Assembly (NCBI RefSeq): GCF_016124325.1
Contig: NZ_WGNY01000026.1
Coordinates: 4,204 to 68,203, forward strand
DNA length: 64,000 bases
Reading direction: 5' to 3'
Source of the DNA: Phenylobacterium sp.
GTDB lineage: Bacteria > Pseudomonadota > Alphaproteobacteria > Caulobacterales > Caulobacteraceae
Shown here one piece after another: positions 43,101-53,032 of the stretch (its first letter is position 1; each line of letters opens with the position of its first letter). The notes under the pieces are model-generated. The model saw only the letters and a program-made list of their open reading frames with translations. It had not been told where the DNA came from and made no database searches. Position numbers and translations under genes: made by a program.

Positions 43101-44285
43101 ATGGCGGAAGATCCGCGCGATTGGGAGATCGAGACCCGGGCGGTGCGCGGCGGCATGATGCGCACGGGGTATGGCGAGATCTCCGAGGCGCTGTTCCTCA
43201 CCCAGAGCTTCGCCTACGACGACGCGGCCAGCGCCGACGCCCGTTTCGCGGGCGACGCGCCGGGCTTCATCTACCAGCGCTTCGGCAACCCCACGACCCA
43301 GATGTTCGAGGACCGGCTGGCGCTGCTGGAAGGCGCCGAGCAGTGCCGCGCCACGGCGTCGGGCATGGCGGCGGTGCACCTGGCGCTGATGGGCCTGCTG
43401 AAGGCCGGCGACCACCTAGTGGCGGGCCGCGCGCTGTTCGGCTCGTGCCGCTGGATCGTCTCGAACTGGCTGCCCCGGTACGGGATCGAGACCACCTACG
43501 TCGACGCCACCGACCTCGACGCCTGGAAGGCGGCCGTCCGGCCCAACACGCGGGCCTTCCTGGTGGAGAGCCCGGCCAACCCGCTGCTGGAGGTGACGGC
43601 CATCGGCGCGGTGGCCGAGATCGCCCACGCCGCCGGCGCGAAGCTGGTGGTGGACAACGTCTTCGCCACGCCGATCTTCCAGAAGCCCCTGGCCCTGGGC
43701 GCGGACGTGGTCGTCTATTCGGCCACCAAGCACATCGACGGCCAGGGCCGGGTGCTGGGCGGGGCCATCCTGGGCGGCGCGGAGCTGATGACCGAGGCCT
43801 ACAAGGACATGGCCCGCCACCTGGGGCCGGCGCTGTCGCCGTTCAACGCCTGGGTGCTGCTGAAGGGGCTGGAGACGCTGGAGCTGCGGGTCCGGCGCCA
43901 GACCGAGACGGCGGGCAAGCTGGCCGACCTGATCGCCGCCCACGCCAAGGTGAGGAAGACGATCTATCCGGGCCGTCCCGACCACCCGCAGGCCGCGATC
44001 ATCGCCAACCAGATGAGCGGCGGCGGCAACGTCGTCGCCTTCGACCTGGGCGACCGGGCCGCGGCCTGGCGGTTCCTCGACAAGCTGGAGATCGTCGACA
44101 TCTCCAACAACCTGGGCGACGCCAAGTCGATGGCCACGCACCCCTGCACCACCACCCACCGCTCGATGCCCGAGGCCGAGCGGCTGGAGATCGGCCTGAC
44201 CGAGGGCTGGGTGCGGATGAGCGTGGGCCTGGAAGGCGCCGGCGACCTGGGCCGCGACGTGAGCCGGGCGTTGGACGCGGCCTGA
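43101..44285 (+). CDS. metZ: O-succinylhomoserine sulfhydrylase
   Basis: ATG at 43101 with AAGGAGG 5 nt upstream (TTG at 43083 is in frame). Blocks TRAVRGG, ALFLTQSFAYDDA, YQRFGNPT and the PLP-Lys region YSATKHIDGQG. Confidence 0.9.
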   Translation: MAEDPRDWEIETRAVRGGMMRTGYGEISEALFLTQSFAYDDAASADARFAGDAPGFIYQRFGNPTTQMFEDRLALLEGAEQCRATASGMAAVHLALMGLLKAGDHLVAGRALFGSCRWIVSNWLPRYGIETTYVDATDLDAWKAAVRPNTRAFLVESPANPLLEVTAIGAVAEIAHAAGAKLVVDNVFATPIFQKPLALGADVVVYSATKHIDGQGRVLGGAILGGAELMTEAYKDMARHLGPALSPFNAWVLLKGLETLELRVRRQTETAGKLADLIAAHAKVRKTIYPGRPDHPQAAIIANQMSGGGNVVAFDLGDRAAAWRFLDKLEIVDISNNLGDAKSMATHPCTTTHRSMPEAERLEIGLTEGWVRMSVGLEGAGDLGRDVSRALDAA

Positions 44286-44343
44286 GCGCGTCGAGGAGAG
44301 GTGCGGAGCGGTTTTCCGCCCGCGGCGCGCGCCCAACCCGGGT

Positions 44344-45090
44344 TCAGGCCACCTCGTCCACGGCCGCCAGCAGGCGGGCGATGTCCTGCGGGCGCGAGAG
44401 GCGGTGGTCGCCGTCGCGGACCAGGGTGAAGACCACGTCGTCGCCCTTCAGGGTCATCGCCAACTCCAGGGCATGGCGCCAGGGCACGTCGGGATCGTCG
44501 CCGCCCTGGAGCACGCGCACGGGAACCTCGATCGGGATCGGCTCGCCGCCGAGGATCGACCAGCGCGCGCCGTCGTCGAGCAGGGCCTGGGTGATCGGAT
44601 AGGGATCGCCGTATTCGGACGGCCGCAGCCACACGCCGTCGGCGGCGAGGGCGGCACGGCCCTCGGGCGGGATCTCGGGGCCCATGAGCTTCTCGGTGAA
44701 GTCGGGGGCCGGGGCGATCAGCACCATCGCCTTCATCCGTTCGCGCCGCGCCAGGGCGGCGAGGCAGGCGATCCAGCCGCCCATGGACGAGCCCACCAGG
44801 ATCACCTCGCCCGGCGCCAGTTCGTCGAGGGCGGCGAGCGCGTCGTCGCGCCAGCGGCTGATCGTGCCCCTGGCGAAGTCGCCCGAGGACTCGCCGTGGC
44901 CGAAGTAGTCGAAGCGCAGGAAGGCGCGGCCCGAGGTCAGCGCCCAGTCGGCCAGGGCCTGGGCCTTGGTCCCGGTCATGTCGGATTTGAAGCCCCCCAG
45001 CCAGACCACCGTGGGGCCCGCGCCGTCGACGCGCCGCCACGCCATCCTTTCGCCGTCGGGGCGGTCCAGGAATCCGTTCGTTTCGCTCAT
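44344..45090 (-). CDS. alpha/beta hydrolase
   Basis: 248 aa with nucleophile elbow GSSMGG, and a distal Asp/His (VRDGDHRL). Confidence 0.8.
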   Translation of the reverse strand: MSETNGFLDRPDGERMAWRRVDGAGPTVVWLGGFKSDMTGTKAQALADWALTSGRAFLRFDYFGHGESSGDFARGTISRWRDDALAALDELAPGEVILVGSSMGGWIACLAALARRERMKAMVLIAPAPDFTEKLMGPEIPPEGRAALAADGVWLRPSEYGDPYPITQALLDDGARWSILGGEPIPIEVPVRVLQGGDDPDVPWRHALELAMTLKGDDVVFTLVRDGDHRLSRPQDIARLLAAVDEVA

Positions 45091-45135
45091 GCGCGCCTCT
45101 TAGCAGTTCGGGACGAACCAGTTTAGAGAAGCCCC

Positions 45136-46296
45136 GTGTCGCTGCCTCCCGACTTCACCCTGCTGCAGGTGGTCCCGGAACTGGAAACCGGCGGGGCCGA
45201 GCAAAGCACCATCGACGTGGCCCAGGCCGTGGTCCGCGCCGGCGGCACGGCGCTGGTCGCCACGCGCGGCGGGCGCATGACCGCCCGGCTCGAGGCCGAC
45301 GGCGGGCGCATGGCCCAGATGCCCGTCCAGACCAAGAACCCGCTGGTGATGCTGGGCAACGCCGCGCGGCTGGTGGCGCTGATCCGCCAGGAGAAGGTTT
45401 CGATCGTCCATGCGCGGAGCCGCGCGCCGGCCTTCTCGGCCCTGTGGGCGGCGCACGCGACGGGCACGCCGTTCGTGGCCACCTATCACGGCGTCTACAA
45501 GGCCAGGTCGGGCCTGAAGCGCTGGTACAACGCGGTGATGACGCGGGGCGATCTGGTGATCGCCAATTCCGAGTACACGCGCGACCACGTGCTGGCCGAG
45601 CACCATGTCGATCCCGCCAAGGTGGTGACCATTCCGCGCGGCGTGGACCTCGACCGCTTCGACCCCGGGTTCGTGACCGCCAACCGGATCGACGACCTGC
45701 GCCACGCCTGGGGCGTCGGGGCGGACGGCCGGACCCGCATCCTGCTGGCGGGCCGCCTGACCCGCATCAAGGGCCACCTGATGATCGTCGAGGCCGCGCG
45801 CCGCCTGGTCGCGCAAGGCCGCCGCGACTTCCAGATCCTGTTCGCCGGCGACGACCAGGGCCGCACGGGCTATGCGGCCGAGGTGCAGGCCGCGATCGAC
45901 GCGGCGGGCCTGGACGACGTGGTGAAGATCGTCGGCCACTGCGACGACATGCCGGCCGCCTATCTGCTGGCCGATTTCGCGATCCTGCCCACGAGCGTGC
46001 CGGAGAGCTTCGGGCGCGCGGCGGTCGAGCCGCAGGCGATGGGCCGCCCGGTGATCGCCTCGGACCACGGCGGCGTCACCGAGACCGTGGTCAACGAGGT
46101 CACGGGCTGGCTGGCGCCGGTCGACGACGCCGAGGCCTGGGCCGCGGCGCTGGCGCGCGCCATCGACCTGGGCCCCGGCAAGCGGGCGGACATGGGCGAG
46201 ATCGGCCGCAACCGGGCCCGCCAGCTCTATTCCGCCGACGCCATGTGCGCGGCCACCCTGGCGGCCTACGAACACATCCTGGAGGCGCGCGCCTGA
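45136..46296 (+). CDS. glycosyltransferase family 4 (GT-B, group 1)
   Basis: 386 aa. C-terminal ESFGRAAVEPQAMGRPVIASDHGG (E-x7-E-like) motif. Confidence 0.85.
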   Translation: MSLPPDFTLLQVVPELETGGAEQSTIDVAQAVVRAGGTALVATRGGRMTARLEADGGRMAQMPVQTKNPLVMLGNAARLVALIRQEKVSIVHARSRAPAFSALWAAHATGTPFVATYHGVYKARSGLKRWYNAVMTRGDLVIANSEYTRDHVLAEHHVDPAKVVTIPRGVDLDRFDPGFVTANRIDDLRHAWGVGADGRTRILLAGRLTRIKGHLMIVEAARRLVAQGRRDFQILFAGDDQGRTGYAAEVQAAIDAAGLDDVVKIVGHCDDMPAAYLLADFAILPTSVPESFGRAAVEPQAMGRPVIASDHGGVTETVVNEVTGWLAPVDDAEAWAAALARAIDLGPGKRADMGEIGRNRARQLYSADAMCAATLAAYEHILEARA

Positions 46297-47279
46297 TGCC
46301 GCGGCAGATGGAGCGCATCCTGGTGATCAAGCTGTCGGCGCTGGGCGACTTCGTCCTGGCGCTGGCGGCGATGAAGCGGATTCGCCAGGCCCACCCGAAG
46401 GCGCACATCACGCTGCTGACCACGCCGCCCTTCGAGGCGCTGGCCAGGATCTGCCCCTACTTCAACGCGGTCGACACCGGGGGCCGGCCCGAGAGCTTCC
46501 GCGACTGGATGGCCCTGCGCAAGCGGCTCAAGGCCGCCGGCTACGACCGGGTCTACGACCTCCAGACCTCCTCGCAGTCGAACCGCATCTTCCAGATCCT
46601 GCGGCCGAACCCGCCGGCCTGGTCGGGGATCGCGCTGGGCTGCTCCCTGCCCCATGGCAACACGCTGCGGAACGGCATGCACACCCTCGAGCGGCAGGCC
46701 GACCAGCTGATGTACGCCGGCATCTGGCCCGACGCGCCCACCGAGCCCGGCGCCGCGCCGCCGCCCGACCTGTCGTGGGTGCTGAAGGCGGCGCCGCCCG
46801 AGCGCCCGGTGCCGGGCTCGAACAAGCCCAGGCCCTATGTGATGTTCGTCCCCGGCGGTTCGGCGCACCGCCCTGAGAAGCGCTGGCCGGTCGAGAAGTA
46901 TTCCGAGCTGGCCCGCATCCTCTACGCGCGCGGGTTCGACATCGTGGTCATCGGCGGCCCGCAGGAGACCGACCTGGCGCACGCGATACAGCGCGCCGCG
47001 CCGCGAGCCCGCGACCTGACCGGCCGCACCGACTTCGCCTCCGTCGCCATGCTGGGCGCCAAGGCGGCGCTGGCGGTCGGCAACGACACCGGCCCGCTCC
47101 ACCTGGCGGCCGCGGCCGGCGCGCCCACGATCGTGCTGTTCTCCAAGGCCTCCGACCCGGCGCTGTCGGCGCCGCGGGGCCGCGTGGCCATCCTGCGGTC
47201 GGACAACCTAGCCGACCTGCCTGTGGCGCAGGTGGCGCAGGCGGTCAATTCTTTGGTCCCGGCCACCGCTGCGGGTTGA
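46296..47279 (+). CDS. glycosyltransferase family 9 (LPS heptosyltransferase-like)
   Basis: The ATG at 46296 overlaps the upstream stop (TGATG-type). N-terminal ILVIKLSALGDFVLA is a GT9 hallmark. 327 aa. Confidence 0.85.
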   Translation: MPRQMERILVIKLSALGDFVLALAAMKRIRQAHPKAHITLLTTPPFEALARICPYFNAVDTGGRPESFRDWMALRKRLKAAGYDRVYDLQTSSQSNRIFQILRPNPPAWSGIALGCSLPHGNTLRNGMHTLERQADQLMYAGIWPDAPTEPGAAPPPDLSWVLKAAPPERPVPGSNKPRPYVMFVPGGSAHRPEKRWPVEKYSELARILYARGFDIVVIGGPQETDLAHAIQRAAPRARDLTGRTDFASVAMLGAKAALAVGNDTGPLHLAAAAGAPTIVLFSKASDPALSAPRGRVAILRSDNLADLPVAQVAQAVNSLVPATAAG

Positions 47280-47318
47280 TACGAAGGGGCCCGTTGGTCA
47301 TATACTGATCAGACGATC

Positions 47319-47347
47319 GGAGCGCTTCTCGCGTCCCGGCGTTTTTT
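47319..47347 (+). terminator. weak terminator-like hairpin + T6 after the GT9 gene
   Basis: GGAGCGC-ttctc-GCGTCC forms a 6-bp stem with one bulge. The T-run TTTTTT at 47342..47347 follows. Confidence 0.35.
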
Positions 47348-47374
47348 GCGTTTCAACAGCCCGGAGCACTGCCT

Positions 47375-47908
47375 ATTCGCCGCCCCATGCAAGCGCCGCC
47401 CGTCAAGGAAGGGCCGCGCATGAACGAAGATATCCGCGTCCCTCGCGTCCTGCTGATCGACCAGCACGGCGAGAAACAGGGCGTGATGCCGACTTCGGCC
47501 GCCATCGAGGCCGCCGAAGAAGCCGGACTCGACCTTGTCGAGATCGTCCCCAACGCGGATCCGCCCGTCTGCAAGATCCTGGACTATGGCAAGTTCAAGT
47601 TCCAGGAGCAGAAGAAGAAGAACGAGGCGCGCAAGCGGCAGAAGGTGGTGGAGATCAAAGAGATCAAGCTCCGCCCCAACATCGACAGCCATGACTACGA
47701 GGTGAAGGCGCGGTCGATGAACCGCTTCTTCGAGGAAGGCGACAAGGTGAAGATCACCCTGCGCTTCCGCGGCCGCGAGCTGGCCCACCCGGAACTGGGG
47801 ATGAAGCTGCTCCAGAAGGTGAAGGCCGACTTCGAGCCGGTCGCCAAGGTCGAGTACGAGCCGCGGATGGAAGGTCGTCAGATGATCATGATCCTGGCGC
47901 CGCGGTGA
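47375..47908 (+). CDS. infC: translation initiation factor IF-3, probably initiating at AUU
   Basis: Clear IF-3 sequence ([21 protein letters not shown]..., [24 protein letters not shown]...). An in-frame ATT at 47375 with GGAG (47363..47366) 8 nt upstream would give (M)[14 protein letters not shown]. This resembles the MRRPF...KDGPR N-termini I recall for alphaproteobacterial IF-3. The track ORF starts at ATG 47387, which has no RBS. Confidence 0.85.
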   Translation: MRRPMQAPPVKEGPRMNEDIRVPRVLLIDQHGEKQGVMPTSAAIEAAEEAGLDLVEIVPNADPPVCKILDYGKFKFQEQKKKNEARKRQKVVEIKEIKLRPNIDSHDYEVKARSMNRFFEEGDKVKITLRFRGRELAHPELGMKLLQKVKADFEPVAKVEYEPRMEGRQMIMILAPR

Positions 47909-48768
47909 GCCTGACGCATTTTCGGATTTTCGGAGCGGTCGCCCTCTCGGCGGCCGTTTTCGCGTCGGGGGCCCTCGCCGCCGATCCGGGCGACGCCCCC
48001 TACCCGCCGTTCAAGATCGGCGAAGGCCTCTATTACGTCGGCTCGGCCGACTACGCCGCCTACCTGATCGTCACCAAGGCGGGCCTGATCCAGCTGGACG
48101 GCGGCGACGCCGAGACCGGCAAGCAGATCGTCGCCAACATCCGCACGCTGGGCTTCGACCCGTCGCAGGTGAAGATCCTGCTCAACACCCACCAGCACTT
48201 CGACCACGCCGCGGGCCTGGCGGCGATCGCGAAGGCCGCGCCGGGCGCCAAGCTCTACGCCAGCGCCGCGGACGGGGCGGTGATCGCCGCTGGCGGACGT
48301 GGGGATCCGCTGCTCAAGGCCGAGCGGTTCTACTACGAGCCGGTCCCGGTGGCCGTGACGCTGAAGGACGGCCAGCAGGTCAAGCTGGGCGGCTGGACCC
48401 TGACCGCCCACATCACCGGCGGGCACACGGCGGGCTGCACCACCTGGACCTTCCCCGTGACGGTGGCCGGCAAGACGCGCCAGGCCCTGGTCCACTGCTC
48501 GTCGACGGTCCTGCCCGGCTACAGGATCGGCAAGGTCGAGACCTGGCCCGGCCAGACCGCCCAGTTCGAGAAGAGCTTCGCCACCTGGAAGGCCCTGCCC
48601 TGCGAGGTGTTCCTCGGCTCGCACGCCTCGTTCTACGGCATGCAGGCCAAGAAGAAGGCGCTGGACGCCGGCAAGGCCGACGCCTTCGTCGACCCCCAGG
48701 GCTGCAAGGCGTTCTACGCCAAGACCGAAGCCGCGTTCCGAACCGAGCTGAAGAAGCAGAACCCCTAG
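47905..48768 (+). CDS. subclass B3 metallo-beta-lactamase
   Basis: 287 aa. Signal peptide [24 protein letters not shown]. Motifs HQHFDH (HxHxDH), GGHTAGC and GSHASF. The GTG start overlaps the infC stop (GTGA at 47905..47908). Confidence 0.85.
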   Translation: MSLTHFRIFGAVALSAAVFASGALAADPGDAPYPPFKIGEGLYYVGSADYAAYLIVTKAGLIQLDGGDAETGKQIVANIRTLGFDPSQVKILLNTHQHFDHAAGLAAIAKAAPGAKLYASAADGAVIAAGGRGDPLLKAERFYYEPVPVAVTLKDGQQVKLGGWTLTAHITGGHTAGCTTWTFPVTVAGKTRQALVHCSSTVLPGYRIGKVETWPGQTAQFEKSFATWKALPCEVFLGSHASFYGMQAKKKALDAGKADAFVDPQGCKAFYAKTEAAFRTELKKQNP

Positions 48769-48879
48769 GCCAGGCGCGGCCCGGAAGGTGTGGCCGCACG
48801 CCAACGGTGAACAGCGATCTGTGTGGCGCCGGCGCCGCAAGGCTTGCCGCGAGCGGCCAGCGCGCCTAATTCGCCGTCC

Positions 48880-50118
48880 ATGTCAGAAACGCCGCCCAGG
48901 CAGGCGACCCCGCCGCCGTGGGCGGCGCTGTCGCTCATCGGCCTGATCTTCCTGAACATGCTCGGCTTCGGGATCATCGTCCCGTTGCTGCCCTTCTACG
49001 CCAAGTCGTTCGATGCGCCGGCGTGGCAGATCGCGCTGATCTTCTCGGCCTTCTCGGTGGGCACCTTCTTCGGCGAGCCGTTCTGGGGGCGGCTGTCGGA
49101 CAAATACGGCCGCAAGCCGCTGCTCATCTCCACGATCTGCGCCAACGGGCTCTGCTACCTGGCGCTGGCGTTCGCGCCCAACGCCTGGGCGGCGTTCTTC
49201 ATCCGCCTGTGCGGCGGCCTGTTCTCGGGCAACGGCTCGATCATCCAGGGCTACATCGCCGACGTGACGCCGGCCGAGCGCCGCACCCGTTCCATGAGCT
49301 GGATGAGCGCGGCCTGGAACGTGGGCCTGATCGTCGGCCCCTGGCTGGGCGGCGTCTTCGCCAAGCCGTCGCTCGGCCATGTGGGCTTCCAGCTGCCCCT
49401 GTTCATCTCGGCGAGCCTGTTCGGCAGTTCGGCGCTGGCGATCGCGCTGTTCATCAAGGAGAGCCGCCAGCGGGACAAGGGCGCGACCTACCGCCCGAGC
49501 CGGTGGGTGGCGACCGGCGAGGCCGCACGGCACCCGGTGATCGGGCGCCTGATGCTGGTCACCTTCCTGGTCGGCTTCGCTTTCACGGGCATCGAGTCGA
49601 TCTTCGGGCTGTGGGCGCAGGACCGCTATGGATGGGGCCCGCGCGAGATCGGCTGGGCGTTCATGTTCGTGGGCGTCGCCTCGGCGTGCACCCAGCTCCT
49701 GCTGACGGGGCCCCTGTCCGAACGGTTCGGCCAGGCGACCATGCTGGCGGTCGGCATGGCGATCACGGTGGTCTGCATCGGCCTGCAGCCATTCTCGACC
49801 GGCGGACCGATGACGATCGCCCTGATGAGCCTGTCGGCCATGGGGCAGTCGGTGGCCTGGCCCAACGTCAGTGCGCTGATCTCGGAGACCGCGGACCCCT
49901 ATCGGCAGGGCCAGATCCTCGGGCTCAACAACGCCATGGGCGCCCTGGCGCGCGTGGTGGGGCCCTTCTGCGCGGGTCTCAGCTTCGCCAGCATCTCGAT
50001 CAACGGCCCGTTCTTCCAGGGCGCGGCGTTCGTCATCCCCGCCATCTTCCTGTCGATCAGCGCCGGTCGGCGGGCGAAGGTCTGGCGCGCGGCCCAGCCG
50101 GCAGGCGGACAGCCATGA
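48880..50118 (+). CDS. MFS transporter (drug:H+ antiporter / Tet-like)
   Basis: ATG at 48880. 12 TM. Motif A is GRLSDKYGRKP. Confidence 0.85.
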   Translation: MSETPPRQATPPPWAALSLIGLIFLNMLGFGIIVPLLPFYAKSFDAPAWQIALIFSAFSVGTFFGEPFWGRLSDKYGRKPLLISTICANGLCYLALAFAPNAWAAFFIRLCGGLFSGNGSIIQGYIADVTPAERRTRSMSWMSAAWNVGLIVGPWLGGVFAKPSLGHVGFQLPLFISASLFGSSALAIALFIKESRQRDKGATYRPSRWVATGEAARHPVIGRLMLVTFLVGFAFTGIESIFGLWAQDRYGWGPREIGWAFMFVGVASACTQLLLTGPLSERFGQATMLAVGMAITVVCIGLQPFSTGGPMTIALMSLSAMGQSVAWPNVSALISETADPYRQGQILGLNNAMGALARVVGPFCAGLSFASISINGPFFQGAAFVIPAIFLSISAGRRAKVWRAAQPAGGQP

Positions 50119-51308
50119 CCCTGGCGGAAGAGCGCCGCGCGCTGATCGTCCTGCTGACGGTGATCTACCTGATGATCGCCGGCTTCGGCCTGGTGATCCC
50201 GCTGCTGCCCTTCTTCGCGCAGGCGTTCGACGCGCCGGCGTGGCAGGTGACGCTGCTGTTCTCCGCCTTCTCGGTCGGCCAGTTCCTGGGCGAGCCGTTC
50301 TGGGGGAAGCTGTCGGACCGCATCGGCCGCAAGCCCGTGCTGATCGTGACCATCACCATGGTCGGCGTCAGCTACGCCGCCCTGGCCTTCGCGCCGAACA
50401 TCGCCGCGGCCTTCGCGATCCGGTTCCTGAATGGCCTCTTCGCCGGCAACATCTCGACGCTCCAGGGGGCGTTGGCCGACATCACGCCGCCCGAGCGGCG
50501 GGCGGGCCGCATGGGGATCATGGGCGCGGCGTTCAGCGCCGGCTTCTCCACCGGTCCGGCGATCGGCGGCCTGCTGGCCCAGCCCAGCCGCGGCGCCCTG
50601 GGATTCCAGCTGCCGCTGCTGGTGGCGGCGGGCTTCGCGCTCGCCTCGGCCCTGGCGGTGGTGCTGCTGGTGCGCGAGCACCGCCCCGACCGACCGAAGG
50701 CCGTGCGCCGGGTGCGCTCGGCCCGCCTGCGCGAAGGCTTCGCGCACCCGATCATCAGCCGCGTGGTGATGATCAGCTTCATCGTGGTGATCGGCTTCGC
50801 CGGCATCGAGGCCACCTACGGGCTATGGACCGAGCAGCGGTTCGGGTGGGGCCCGCGCGAGATCGGCCTGGCCTTCATGCTGGTGGGCGTGGCCGGGGCG
50901 GTGTTCCAGGGCTGGCTCTGCGGCCGCCTGGCGCGCGCCTTCGGCGAGGCCCGCACCCTGACGGGCGGCCTGGCGTTCATGGGCCTCGGCCTCGTCGTGC
51001 AGGGCCTGTCGCCAAGCTGGCCGGTGGCCATGATCGGGTTCCTGCTGGTGTGCCTGGGCCAGTCGATCTGCTTCCCGAACGTTTCGGCGCTGATCTCGCG
51101 CTCGGCGCCGGCCGACCGGCAGGGCGAGATGCTGGGCCTGAACATGAGCGGCATGGCGCTGGCCCGTATCGTGGGCCCCGTCGCGGCCGGACAGGCCTTC
51201 TCGCTGATCCAGCCGGGCGCCCCGTTCGCGATCTCGGCGCTGCTGATCCTGCCCGCCCTCTGGTTCGCCTCGCGGATCATCGCCGCCGCCCCGCTCCGGC
51301 CGGCCTGA
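50115..51308 (+). CDS. MFS transporter, tandem paralog of the preceding gene
   Basis: The ATG at 50115 overlaps the upstream stop (ATGA). Motif A is GKLSDRIGRKP. Long stretches align residue-for-residue with the upstream MFS (FDAPAWQ..LFSAFSVG.F.GEPFWG.LSD..GRKP). Confidence 0.85.
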   Translation: MTLAEERRALIVLLTVIYLMIAGFGLVIPLLPFFAQAFDAPAWQVTLLFSAFSVGQFLGEPFWGKLSDRIGRKPVLIVTITMVGVSYAALAFAPNIAAAFAIRFLNGLFAGNISTLQGALADITPPERRAGRMGIMGAAFSAGFSTGPAIGGLLAQPSRGALGFQLPLLVAAGFALASALAVVLLVREHRPDRPKAVRRVRSARLREGFAHPIISRVVMISFIVVIGFAGIEATYGLWTEQRFGWGPREIGLAFMLVGVAGAVFQGWLCGRLARAFGEARTLTGGLAFMGLGLVVQGLSPSWPVAMIGFLLVCLGQSICFPNVSALISRSAPADRQGEMLGLNMSGMALARIVGPVAAGQAFSLIQPGAPFAISALLILPALWFASRIIAAAPLRPA

Positions 51309-51387
51309 GGGCGTCCAGACCGTCCGACCCCCTGCGGCCTTCCGACGCCTGTTCGTCGTCAAGGCGCAGCTTTACCTTCCGCTTACC

Positions 51388-52977
51388 ATGTCTTCGACGG
51401 ACGAGAATTTCGATCGGGAGGAACTGGAGCGGCTTCGCCAGAGCGAGGCGCGCTACCGCCTGCTCGCGGAAAGCGCCAGCGACCTGATCATCCAGTACGA
51501 CGCCGAGGGCGTGATCCAGTACGCCTCGCCGTCGGCCGTGGTATTCGGCTACCGGCCGGAGGAACTCGTCGGCCGCAAGATCTTCGACTTCGGGCACCCG
51601 GACGACAACGAAGCGCGCCGCAACCGGCTGCGGGCCACGCGGGACGGGGTGGAGCCACGCGGGGGTATCGAGAACGAGCGCCGCCTGCGGCACGGCGACG
51701 GATCCTGGGTCTGGACCCAGGGCAACCCGACGGTCCTGCGCGACGCCGACGGGCGGGTCACCGGCGTCGTGACGATCCTGCGCAACGTCACCGAACGGCG
51801 AGCCCTGGAGGAGGAGGTCACCGCGCGACGCGCCGAAGCCGCCGAAGCCGTCGCCGCCCGGGCCGAACTCCTGGCCAACGTCAGCCACGAAATCCGCACG
51901 CCGCTTACGGCGGTGGTGGGCTTTGCCGGCCTGCTGGCCAAGATGGCGGACCTCCCCGATCGGGCGCGGACCTACGCCGATCGCATCGGCCGGAGCGGCG
52001 AGGCCCTGGCCGCGATCGTCACCAACGTGCTCGATCACTCGCGCGTCGAGGCCGGTCAGGTCCAACTGAGACCCGCGATCATCGACGTGACGGACCTCAT
52101 CGAGGACGCCGTCGCGGTCGTGCAGGACAAGGCGCGCGGAAAGGGGCTCGCGCTCGACATCAGGATCGCGCCCGGGACGCCGCGCCGGCTCCTGGTCGAC
52201 GACGGCCGGCTGCGGCAGGTCATCCTCAACCTGCTCACCAACGCCGTGAAGTTCACGCCCGCGGGGGGCGTCACGGCGGAGGTCGGCTACGACGCCGGCG
52301 AGGCGCGCCTGCTGGTGCGCGTGCGCGACACCGGGATCGGCATCGCCCCCGAAGCGGTCGGCCAGCTCTTCAAGCGGTTCTCCCAGGTGGGGAGGCGCGA
52401 CGACAGGGGCCTGGGCGGCGTCGGACTGGGCCTGGCGATCTCCAAGGGGCTGGTGGAGCTGATGGGGGGCGAGATCGGCGTGGAGAGCGTCGAGGGCCAG
52501 GGGTCGACGTTCTGGTTCGCCGTGCCCGCACCGGCCGCGACCGGCGAGAACACGCCCAGGCCGGAGGAGGACGCGGCACCGGCGCTGACGCCGTTGCGCC
52601 TGCTGCTGGTGGACGACGCCCGGCCCAACCGAGAGCTCATCATGGCGCTGCTGGGGCCGTTCAACATCCGCATCACGGAAGCCGCGGACGGCGCGGCGGC
52701 GGTGGACGCGGCCCTCCGCGAGCCGTTCGACGTGGTCCTCATGGACCTGCAGATGCCCGGGATGGACGGCATGGCCGCGGCCCGAGAGATCCGCAAGGCC
52801 GCGGCGCCCAATCAGCGCACGCCGATCCTGGCGGTCAGCGCAAGCGTGCTGCCGAGCGACGTCGAAGCCTGCCACGCGGCGGGGATGAACGACCACATCG
52901 CCAAGCCGATCGACGCCCGCGAGCTGGTGGGCAAGATCGCCCGGTGGACGACGGCCGAGGCGCACCAACCGGCCTGA
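51388..52977 (+). CDS. PAS-domain hybrid sensor histidine kinase/response regulator (cytoplasmic)
   Basis: 529 aa with a PAS region, H-box NVSHEIRTPLTAV, an HATPase (DTGIGI..., GLGLAISKG) and a receiver (LLLVDDARPNR...DVVLMDLQMPGMDG). Confidence 0.9.
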   Translation: MSSTDENFDREELERLRQSEARYRLLAESASDLIIQYDAEGVIQYASPSAVVFGYRPEELVGRKIFDFGHPDDNEARRNRLRATRDGVEPRGGIENERRLRHGDGSWVWTQGNPTVLRDADGRVTGVVTILRNVTERRALEEEVTARRAEAAEAVAARAELLANVSHEIRTPLTAVVGFAGLLAKMADLPDRARTYADRIGRSGEALAAIVTNVLDHSRVEAGQVQLRPAIIDVTDLIEDAVAVVQDKARGKGLALDIRIAPGTPRRLLVDDGRLRQVILNLLTNAVKFTPAGGVTAEVGYDAGEARLLVRVRDTGIGIAPEAVGQLFKRFSQVGRRDDRGLGGVGLGLAISKGLVELMGGEIGVESVEGQGSTFWFAVPAPAATGENTPRPEEDAAPALTPLRLLLVDDARPNRELIMALLGPFNIRITEAADGAAAVDAALREPFDVVLMDLQMPGMDGMAAAREIRKAAAPNQRTPILAVSASVLPSDVEACHAAGMNDHIAKPIDARELVGKIARWTTAEAHQPA

Positions 52978-53032
52978 GCCGCGCCGGCGACCATGATAGT
53001 CTGCCGCGCGACAGACATCCGGAGCCGACGCC

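Noticed and set aside
47420-47422. Internal ATG (MNEDIRV...) with a good AAGGAAGG RBS as the infC start
   Set aside because: The residues upstream (PPVKEGPR) look like the conserved KDGPR N-terminal extension of alphaproteobacterial IF-3, so translation must begin further upstream (ATT 47375 or ATG 47387).
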